A DNA stretch of 46,946 bases from Anaerolineaceae bacterium UBA5224 (GTDB lineage Bacteria > Chloroflexota > Anaerolineae > Anaerolineales > Anaerolineaceae), in the NCBI GenBank assembly GCA_002409365.1, contig DHUW01000090.1, positions 32,531 to 79,476 of the forward strand. The letters are read 5' to 3'. This document shows, piece by piece, positions 26,105-33,506 of this stretch. The notes under the pieces are model-generated. The model did not search any database, was not told the origin of the DNA, and worked only from the letters and a program-made list of their open reading frames with translations. Within the stretch, counting starts at the first letter, position 1. The number at the start of each line of letters is the position of its first letter. The translations under genes were made by a program, and so were the position numbers.

Positions 26105-27839
26105 TTTTCCAAAACTCTTCTATTAATACTTTTTCGGCTTCCTGATTCCAGGTATGATCTGGTCCCATTTTTTCAGCAACTTTGGGGTAATTTTGAGCAA
26201 CTTCTCCCAACGACAATAGGGGCAGGTCTTCAAGCTGGGGGTAGATGATGATCTTTCCAGTGAAGGTGCCTGCCATCATTGCATTCATACCGGCAACGGC
26301 TTGTTTGAGCCCACCGATCGCTGCGACACTAAGGTTAGGGGAAAGAGCCCCGGAGACGGACTTTGACATAACAGTCTTCTGGTCAAAAACAGTTGATCCG
26401 GAAGTACCCGTGATTTGCATATTGTTGAGAAAGATATTGTTGAGGTCGATTTGGATGGTAGTGCCATTAGGAACTCCGGCAAAGAAGGTGAGCATGCCAT
26501 TTTTACCCAGGATCAAGGCAGCATTTTCCATCAATTTGGCGTTCGGTACGCATACGACCACATCATCTGCCATTTTCCCGCCGGAAAGTTCGCGGATGGT
26601 CTCAACAAGATCAACTCCCTCTTTATTGGTATTTACCAGGATGAGCTGCTTGCCATTCTTTTTGGCAATCGGATCGCCAGTCTGGCGCAATGCCTGCAGG
26701 CGTTCGTCGTTGATATCAGTCACAACCACGGTTTTGGGTCCGGGCACAAGTTCAAGTGCACGCTGAACATGCATCTGCCCCATCGGACCAGCCCCACCAA
26801 CCACGACCAGCAATCCATCTGCCATCAGTTCCGAGCGGTTCCGCTCTTCACCGTAGGCAGCGCTGATTTCGGTGCCTGTGGTGCCAATATAAGTGGTGTA
26901 GTGATAGTGAACCCGACCGGCGTCGATCACGGTCAGACCCTCCAGGGGTTCATCACTGACGATATTAAGTGTGCCGCGAAAGGCGATTTGTTTGGCAACT
27001 TCTGAAACCAGTTCAGCACCTTTAGGCTCTAGCAGAATGATGTCATCGAAACCTTTACCATTCGTGTTTTCTCGTGCAAAATCCGCGATCTGGTCTTTAT
27101 TCAACGCTCCTACCTCAACCACTTCAGCCTGGGCTTGGGAATGGACGAGCTCCAGGATTTGAGGTGTAGAGTTGCTCAGGAAAATTCTGGCTGGTTTTTC
27201 AAGCCCTTTTTCGAAGGTGAAGGTTTTATCCGAATGAAGAGGACCATCGATCCACATCAAGCCGCCAGCGAGGGGGCTCAAACGGCGCCTTTGGGTGTAA
27301 GCAGCTTCAACACATGCCCAGGGTTCGGTCAGAGCAGACTCTGAGTAGCCTAAATCATTCTGGACAGGAATGAGGTAATTCGGATCATCTGCATCAAAAA
27401 TCTCTTTCCCAATCAGGTGGTATTGGATCAAGCCACCAGGAATAGTGTAGCCATAGGCTGTGGCAACCTTATTCACATATATATCCGGTTGGATAGCGAG
27501 TTTTTGACCGGGTTTGAATCGGTTTTGCAAGTTTTCGCCAACTTTCACAACGGTGAAAGCGGCTTCATGACCAAGCCTGGTAGGTTCGACAGAGAGATTG
27601 CGGTTGTAGAGCTTGGGGTGCTGCCCACCTTGTTTGATCAATTTAACATCAGAAAAGCATAAACCAACAGCATCGACTCTGACTAAAATTTGATCCGGAC
27701 CTGGTTCCGGCATGGGGAAGAGTTCAGGTTTCCCATTGCGACCGACATTTTCCAAACCAGCGCCATACATGTTCCAGCCCATCACCTTCTCGGGCAGGGG
27801 ATAATTCAATTCGATGTACCTGCGGAATTTCTCGTTCAT
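26097..27839 (-). CDS. long-form zinc-type MDR dehydrogenase, L-sorbose-1-phosphate reductase (SorE)-like
   Basis: 580 aa. Motifs: GLCFSDVKLIKQG (Zn Cys), LGHEAAF (Zn His), GYSESALTEPWACV, then a Rossmann motif VVVGGAGPMGQMH only at about residue 345. An extra ~170-aa segment lies between the catalytic and nucleotide-binding parts. Confidence 0.65.
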   Translation of the reverse strand: MNEKFRRYIELNYPLPEKVMGWNMYGAGLENVGRNGKPELFPMPEPGPDQILVRVDAVGLCFSDVKLIKQGGQHPKLYNRNLSVEPTRLGHEAAFTVVKVGENLQNRFKPGQKLAIQPDIYVNKVATAYGYTIPGGLIQYHLIGKEIFDADDPNYLIPVQNDLGYSESALTEPWACVEAAYTQRRRLSPLAGGLMWIDGPLHSDKTFTFEKGLEKPARIFLSNSTPQILELVHSQAQAEVVEVGALNKDQIADFARENTNGKGFDDIILLEPKGAELVSEVAKQIAFRGTLNIVSDEPLEGLTVIDAGRVHYHYTTYIGTTGTEISAAYGEERNRSELMADGLLVVVGGAGPMGQMHVQRALELVPGPKTVVVTDINDERLQALRQTGDPIAKKNGKQLILVNTNKEGVDLVETIRELSGGKMADDVVVCVPNAKLMENAALILGKNGMLTFFAGVPNGTTIQIDLNNIFLNNMQITGTSGSTVFDQKTVMSKSVSGALSPNLSVAAIGGLKQAVAGMNAMMAGTFTGKIIIYPQLEDLPLLSLGEVAQNYPKVAEKMGPDHTWNQEAEKVLIEEFWKNE

Positions 27840-27865
27840 GTCAACTCCTTTCTTAATGACAGCGA

Positions 27866-28294
27866 TTAAGCGTCAAGAGCCTCAATGATGTCTGATTTTT
27901 TGGTGGTTTTTGATAGAAATTCGACACGCTCAATTTCGTCGACGACATTAGCAAGATTCTGCAAGATGCCGATGTGCTCTTCAAAAGTTGCAGCAATGCC
28001 AACCACCAGGTGAACAAGCTCTCCATCCTCCCAGGGTACGCCCTCAGGGATCTGGAGCACGGAGATGCTGGTTTCTTTGATGTAATTCAGATCGGGGAAT
28101 TGCCCATGGGGAATTGCTACACCATTTCCGATCATGGTCGACATGGTTTTTTCACGCTCCAGCATTCCTAAGACATAAGGGGCTTCCACGCGACCAGCCT
28201 GCACCAATAACTCACCAGCGGCTTGAATAGCTTCTTCCTTTGTTTTGACTTTCGAATCAAGGTGCACAAGTTCTTCAGTTAGTATGCGTGACAA
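27866..28294 (-). CDS. PTS EIIA component, fructose/mannitol (EIIA-2) family
   Basis: 142 aa with the phosphorylatable His context GNGVAIPHG. TTG start 5 nt after GGAGG. Confidence 0.85.
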   Translation of the reverse strand: MSRILTEELVHLDSKVKTKEEAIQAAGELLVQAGRVEAPYVLGMLEREKTMSTMIGNGVAIPHGQFPDLNYIKETSISVLQIPEGVPWEDGELVHLVVGIAATFEEHIGILQNLANVVDEIERVEFLSKTTKKSDIIEALDA

Positions 28295-28356
28295 AAAAGC
28301 CTCCTCTAGGTATGCCTATGGCAATAATGTTTTCATAATTGTGGTTTGAGAAAGTG

Positions 28357-28680
28357 CTAATTAGCAGCGATTTCCTTCCCGTCTTTGATATCCTCGACCA
28401 GCTTGTCGAAAATTGGGTCATTAAAGAAAAACTTAAAACTCACCACAACTGCTTCTGGAGCTTTCGCTTGAACGGATTTCTTTACACCTTCATGGCAGAT
28501 GATGAATTTTGTGTTCGGATCCAGATTGGTGACCGCTTTATGAAAAATATTAATATGCCCCAGTCCCGCCTTTTGAAGTTTTTTCTTCATGGCATTGACA
28601 GTCATCAAGCTCGAACCAATTCCGGCTTCACATGCGACAACAATATCTTTTATTTCTTTTGAATCAATTTTGCTATTCAT
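28357..28680 (-). CDS. PTS EIIB component (mannitol/lactose-type, Cys-phosphorylated)
   Basis: Active-site context IVVACEAGIGSSLM as in the MtlA IIB domain. ATG 28680 is preceded by AGGAGA. The ORF-track start 28707 would run into the hairpin. Confidence 0.8.
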   Translation of the reverse strand: MNSKIDSKEIKDIVVACEAGIGSSLMTVNAMKKKLQKAGLGHINIFHKAVTNLDPNTKFIICHEGVKKSVQAKAPEAVVVSFKFFFNDPIFDKLVEDIKDGKEIAAN

Positions 28681-28695
28681 ATATGTCTCCTGACC

Positions 28696-28724
28696 GTGTT
28701 CAGGCAACTGAGTTGCCTGAACAC
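28696..28724 (-). other. intercistronic 13-bp hairpin between EIIC and EIIB genes
   Basis: gtgttcaggcaac/gttgcctgaacac with a 3-nt loop. No U-tract follows. It ends 9 nt upstream of the EIIB RBS on the transcript. Confidence 0.6.
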
Positions 28725-28762
28725 GTTTGTACTAAGCACTGACTAAATTACTAATTCTTTAA

Positions 28763-29803
28763 TTATGCAGCTTCCTCTACGGTCTCTTCTTCTTCTTTGA
28801 CCGGGAAGCGCTTCAAGAGCAAAAAGCCAACCAGGAAGGAGGCGACTGCACCAATCAAAACACCCATCAACACCTGGAAATGCCAGCCTTTGGGGGTCAT
28901 GGCAATATAAGCGAAGATTGAGCCTGGTGATGGGGTGGCGACCAAACCTGCACCGGTGATAACCCACCAGAAGTTAGCGAGGATTGCACCAGCATACATA
29001 GCCAAAATCATGATCGGGTGAGCCAGCACGTAGGGGAAATAGATCTCATGGATGCCGCCCAGGAAGTGGATGATGATGGCGCCAGGAGCAGATTGCTTGA
29101 GCATGCCCTTACCAGCAACGGCATAAGCTAAAAGCAGACCCAAACCAGGACCTGGATCGCTTTCGAGCATGAAGTGAATTGCACGGCCAGTTTCCTGGGA
29201 AGCAACAGCGCCGAGAGGAGCCAGAACACCGATGTTGAGAGCATTGTTCAGGAATAGTACCTTGGCAGGTTCTATGATCAAGGCAACCAACGGCAGCAGT
29301 TTGATGTTGACCAGCCACTGCACAACAGAACCGAAGGCATTGCTGATAATGGTAACAACTGGACCAATCAGGAGCATGCCGATCAGCACAAGGATTACGC
29401 CGATGATACCCATCGAGAAGTTGTTGATGAGCAGTTCAAACCCAACTGGCATGCGGGGTTCCATCCACTCGTCAAATTTCTTCAGGATCCAGGCGGAGAG
29501 AGGGCCCATGATCATGGCACCGAGGAGTTGGGGAATGGAAGAGCCAACAACGGTACCCATGGTTGCTAAAGCACCCATGACACCGCCGCGCTGACCATGA
29601 ACCATGTAACCAGCGGTATAGCCGATCAGGATCGGCAAAAGATAATTAAGGATTGGACCAACAAGAGCTGCGAATCTTTCATTCGGGATCCAGCCTGTTG
29701 CAATGAACATAGCCGTGATCAGACCCCAGGCGATGAAAGCACCAAGATTGGGAACAACCATTGATGCCATAAAACCGCCATACTTTTGAATCTTTTCTTT
29801 CAT
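28763..29803 (-). CDS. PTS EIIC component, mannitol-specific family
   Basis: The N-terminus MKEKIQKYGGFMASMVVPNLGAFIAWGLITAMFIATGWIPNE...LLPILIGYTAGY closely parallels the E. coli MtlA IIC N-terminus from memory. Confidence 0.85.
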   Translation of the reverse strand: MKEKIQKYGGFMASMVVPNLGAFIAWGLITAMFIATGWIPNERFAALVGPILNYLLPILIGYTAGYMVHGQRGGVMGALATMGTVVGSSIPQLLGAMIMGPLSAWILKKFDEWMEPRMPVGFELLINNFSMGIIGVILVLIGMLLIGPVVTIISNAFGSVVQWLVNIKLLPLVALIIEPAKVLFLNNALNIGVLAPLGAVASQETGRAIHFMLESDPGPGLGLLLAYAVAGKGMLKQSAPGAIIIHFLGGIHEIYFPYVLAHPIMILAMYAGAILANFWWVITGAGLVATPSPGSIFAYIAMTPKGWHFQVLMGVLIGAVASFLVGFLLLKRFPVKEEEETVEEAA

Positions 29804-29939
29804 GATATCTCCTTGTAGATTTTGTTACGATGAGAACATAAAAAACGTTGCTTTAGAATTTAATAGTTATTCAAAGACCTCCTTTCAGTATTTGCCCCTG
29901 ATTAATTTAGAAAAGCAGATATAAATTTGACGCTAAGTA

Positions 29940-29967
29940 ATTATATACAAATAAAAAAAAGGCGCAA
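29940..29967 (-). promoter_or_regulatory. candidate sigma70 promoter of the PTS operon
   Basis: On the minus strand: TTGCGC (29967..29962), 16-nt T-rich spacer, TATAAT (29945..29940). It would give a leader of about 130 nt. Confidence 0.5.
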
Positions 29968-30095
29968 GATGAAAACCCAAATTCACTCCCATCGTCTCAT
30001 CTGTTCTGATAGAATTATTTTAACATAGAACCTCATTCCTGGCAGGCTCACAAAGAAAATTTCTGAATTGTTAACGGATTTGACTGACTCATTTG

Positions 30096-31877
30096 TCAGA
30101 GTTCGCTAATCAACCTTTGGTGGGCTTGGCGTAAAATAACAGCATCCATCTTCTCGACCCTTCGATCGTAGGTCAAATAGCCATTAATTTCTGTTTCAAT
30201 GTCTGTTAACTGAGTGTAAATGGCGACACAAAGACCCTTGGGGATGAGCGGTTTGACCTGTTTTTCCAACAAATCCAGGTAAGCGGTGGTCAGCGATTCG
30301 GCATCCAGGTAATGACCATATCCGAATCTTTTACGTTCTGTATATACATGGTCAGGTACCTGCAGGGTATAGCCCCCAAACTCAGTCACAGCCATAATGC
30401 GATGATCTGGGATGCGGGCGCTGAGCGGCTTGACGTAAACATGTCGGCTTTGAAAATCGCCGCCGCCCTGATCAAACCAACCGGAGGCATGGTCCACCAG
30501 GCGGGTCGGGTCTAGTTTTTTAACCGATTCGGCTATGCGAATAGCATGGAATTGCCCCCAACTCTCATTGAACGGCACCCAGACTGCAATGCATGGGCTG
30601 TTATAGAGCGTTTCAATCATGTCTTGCAGTTCGGCACGGAACTCTTCGCGGTTGTGCGGGTCTACACGTCCAAACCGCTGGAGCCGATGCTGGTCAAAGC
30701 GATGAATACCAGAGGTGAAGGTAAACAAAACCACTGCGTCTTTGGTGGTACGTCCTCCGTTGGGCATATCCTGCCAAACGATCATCCCCAGTTTGTCACA
30801 GGCATGGTACCAGCGCAGAGGTTCCACCTTGACATGCTTTCTGATCATATTGCAGCCAATTTTCTTGATGTATTCGATATCCGAAAGCATAGCCTCTTCC
30901 GAAGGTGCCGTATAAAGCCCGTCAGGGAAGTAGCCCTGGTCGAGAGGTCCGTATTGGAAGATGGGTTCATTGTTGAGGGTAAAACGCCAGAGCCCATTTT
31001 TATCTTTAGCTTTGCCAAACTTCCGCATCGCGAAATAACTCTGCACCTGGTCTACCAATTTTTCATCTTCCAGCAAAAGAACTTCGAGGTCATAGAGATA
31101 AGGATGATCAGGATGCCAGAGTCTGGTTTCCGGAATGTGAAAGACCAGCTTGCTTTTCAGATCGCCGCTGATCCGGGCGACCTCTTTGCCTTCAAAACTG
31201 GCAATTGCTTCAACCAGGCAATGGTTTTTCAGGGCGTCATTACTGACGCTCACCTTCAATTCCAGCGTACTGGTATCAATGGAGGGTGTGATCTTCAGCG
31301 AGCGTATATGTTTTTTAGGTAAGATTTCCAGCCAAACTGTTTGCCAGATTCCCGATACAGAGGTGTACCAGATCCCATGGGGTTGCAGACGCTGCTTGCC
31401 CTTTTGGTGCAGCGCTTTTTCAGTTTCATCCTGAACCGTGACGATCAGCTCGTTACTTCCTGCATGAAGGGCGGAAGTAACATCAAAACTGAAAGGCAAA
31501 TAACCGCCCCGATGGTCACCGATAAGCTTCCCATTAACCCAAACCTGGCATGAAAAATCAACTGCCCCAAAATGCAGCATCACCAACTGGTCTGGTGCGT
31601 GCTCGACTTCAAACTGGCGCTGATACCAGAGTTTTTCATCCGGTTGAAGCACCCTTTCAACACCTGAAAGTGCCGATTCAGGTGCAAAAGGCACCAGGAT
31701 CTCTCCAGTAAATTGAGCCGGTTGGGGTAAAGACGCAGTCTGGATGGTGTAATTCCACCATCCGTTCAGATTCTGCCACTTTTCACGCACCATTTGAGGG
31801 CGTGGGTATTCCGGCAAAGGGATAGGAAAAGCAGGCTGCCAGGGGGTGGTCAGTTTATTGATTTTGAGATCAGTCAT
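30096..31877 (-). CDS. glycoside hydrolase family 2 (beta-galactosidase/beta-glucuronidase/beta-mannosidase-like)
   Basis: 593 aa. It has the GH2 sugar-binding signature LHFGAVDFSCQVWVNGKLIGDHRGGYLPFSFDVT, and the TIM-barrel acid/base context VWVPFNESWG. Confidence 0.8.
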   Translation of the reverse strand: MTDLKINKLTTPWQPAFPIPLPEYPRPQMVREKWQNLNGWWNYTIQTASLPQPAQFTGEILVPFAPESALSGVERVLQPDEKLWYQRQFEVEHAPDQLVMLHFGAVDFSCQVWVNGKLIGDHRGGYLPFSFDVTSALHAGSNELIVTVQDETEKALHQKGKQRLQPHGIWYTSVSGIWQTVWLEILPKKHIRSLKITPSIDTSTLELKVSVSNDALKNHCLVEAIASFEGKEVARISGDLKSKLVFHIPETRLWHPDHPYLYDLEVLLLEDEKLVDQVQSYFAMRKFGKAKDKNGLWRFTLNNEPIFQYGPLDQGYFPDGLYTAPSEEAMLSDIEYIKKIGCNMIRKHVKVEPLRWYHACDKLGMIVWQDMPNGGRTTKDAVVLFTFTSGIHRFDQHRLQRFGRVDPHNREEFRAELQDMIETLYNSPCIAVWVPFNESWGQFHAIRIAESVKKLDPTRLVDHASGWFDQGGGDFQSRHVYVKPLSARIPDHRIMAVTEFGGYTLQVPDHVYTERKRFGYGHYLDAESLTTAYLDLLEKQVKPLIPKGLCVAIYTQLTDIETEINGYLTYDRRVEKMDAVILRQAHQRLISEL

Positions 31878-31882
31878 CGGGC

Positions 31883-33190
31883 TTATTTTACTTCAGTTCG
31901 TCCGTTCTTAACGAATAGGAGTGGGATCAGTGCCAGCAGCCCGAGCAGGGCACCCACCTGGAAGATCATGCCGACTGGCAGGAAACCAGGTTTGCCCTCA
32001 AGGACTGTTGGTATGCCATAAGCAGTGATCAGGGAAGAACCGATGCGCGGTCCAATCAGCATAGGCAGCAAGACGTAGAAAATCATGCGTACGCCCAGGA
32101 AACGTCCGTGGCTGTCCTCGGGTAAAAGTTCTTTGATCCAGGAGTTGGCGACAATACCTGCTGACATGTTGGCAGCTTGCCAGAGGAGCCCGGTCAGTGC
32201 CAAAATCGGTATGGACCCATCCAGCGAAAACAGAAAACAGCCAAGGCTTGTGAGAATGATCGATATGGCAAGCATCGCCTTACGGTTGACCCGGTCTGCC
32301 AGGTTGCCCAGCGGAATCGCCAGTAGCCCGCTCCCGATGATCACCCCACCGCCAATGATGGCAAATTGGGATTTGGTAACGCCAATGGTGTTGTTGACAT
32401 AGATCAGCATATAGGGGAACGCAACCTGGAAGCCAATACCCAAAAGCATGCTGCTCACTAGGATCAGGTTCAAGGTTTTATTTGCGAGAATGGTCTTAAA
32501 GTCGAAGGTCGAACGGATTTCCTGCCAGAAGCGTTTTTGAGGTTCTGTGTTTACAGTCAAAGGCTCATCCTTGATAGCACTTCCGGCGATCAGACCGACC
32601 ACCATCACAATTCCGCCCAGCAAATAGAAAAAGGTGAAATATCCCAGGTTATCGATGAACACGCCGGCGGCAACTATGGAGATCAGCTGAGCGAGGAAAA
32701 GACAGACATTAAGGACGCCTTCCACCCTACCGCGTTGGTTATTTGGGGTGATATCGGCTGTCCAGGCATTGAATGCAGCGTCGTTGGCTGTCGAACCAAA
32801 AAAGGTCATCAGGCAATCGACCAGCACAACCATCACCACAGCCAGTGACAGGTTTTTGACAAAGGCTGTCATAGGAAAGACAGCCGTCATCAACCCCCAA
32901 AAGACATAGCCGATCAGAATAAAAGGTTTGCGGCGACCCCAGCGTGAGCGCGAGCGGTCGCTGAGCGTGCCAATCAGAATGGTAGTGAGTGTGGCTACGA
33001 GAGCGCTGGCAGCCACCATCCAGGCAACCGGGCGTGGGTCGGGAGTGATGGTGTCATAAACGAAGTTATTGAACCAGGTGTTCTCGACCGCCCAGGCAAT
33101 CTGACCGGTGATGGCGAGGGCTACCATGATAGTCCAGGTGCGGGTTGTGATGCCTTTTACAGTTTTGGTATTGGGTTGGGATGATTGCAT
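31883..33190 (-). CDS. MFS/GPH-type glycoside:cation symporter
   Basis: About 12 TM helices, with motifs GTLSDRSRSRWGRRKPFIL and LADRVNRK. The ORF is open to 33418, but ATG 33190 (MQSSQPN...) follows GAGG, and the upstream 76 codons look non-coding. Confidence 0.75.
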   Translation of the reverse strand: MQSSQPNTKTVKGITTRTWTIMVALAITGQIAWAVENTWFNNFVYDTITPDPRPVAWMVAASALVATLTTILIGTLSDRSRSRWGRRKPFILIGYVFWGLMTAVFPMTAFVKNLSLAVVMVVLVDCLMTFFGSTANDAAFNAWTADITPNNQRGRVEGVLNVCLFLAQLISIVAAGVFIDNLGYFTFFYLLGGIVMVVGLIAGSAIKDEPLTVNTEPQKRFWQEIRSTFDFKTILANKTLNLILVSSMLLGIGFQVAFPYMLIYVNNTIGVTKSQFAIIGGGVIIGSGLLAIPLGNLADRVNRKAMLAISIILTSLGCFLFSLDGSIPILALTGLLWQAANMSAGIVANSWIKELLPEDSHGRFLGVRMIFYVLLPMLIGPRIGSSLITAYGIPTVLEGKPGFLPVGMIFQVGALLGLLALIPLLFVKNGRTEVK

Positions 33191-33506
33191 GAACGCCTCG
33201 GATTGAGTTTGTGCAATTGTAAGGGAAGTTGGAAAATTCGGGGGTAAAAAGGGAGTTTTCTGGTGATCGCCAGGGTGGGTTTTAAACCCGCGCTTGCCTA
33301 TATCATTTTGGCTTGTATTATTCACCCTCTCCCTGAGAGAGGGTGGGGTGTGGATCTTTCCGTCCTTTTTGTCAGATTTCTGCTTTTCATGGGCGGGGTT
33401 GGAATTAGCCCCATACAACAGAAAAACACGAAGTGAAGAATTTTGCAGGTGGCAGGCTAAGATCCTTCATTCCGCAGGATGACAGGCAACGGGTATAATT
33501 TGGCAT

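Noticed and set aside
26245-27005. 173-aa and 196-aa plus-strand ORFs
   Set aside because: They are antisense to the MDR dehydrogenase gene. Their low-complexity Ser/Pro/Thr-rich translations are typical of shadow frames.
30546-31322. 258-aa plus-strand ORF (and 30312..30515, 31150..31553 neighbours)
   Set aside because: It is antisense to the GH2 gene, which has clear family motifs. It has no RBS or motif. It is a shadow ORF in a GC-balanced region.
33191-33418. 76-codon N-terminal extension of the MFS ORF, and the 62-aa ORF 33294..33482
   Set aside because: The extension is hydrophilic and low-complexity with no RBS. The internal ATG 33190 has a GAGG site and starts right before TM1. The 9-bp hairpin caccctctc/gagagggtg (33323..33345) in this spacer has no obvious role, and I could not support a feature call for it.
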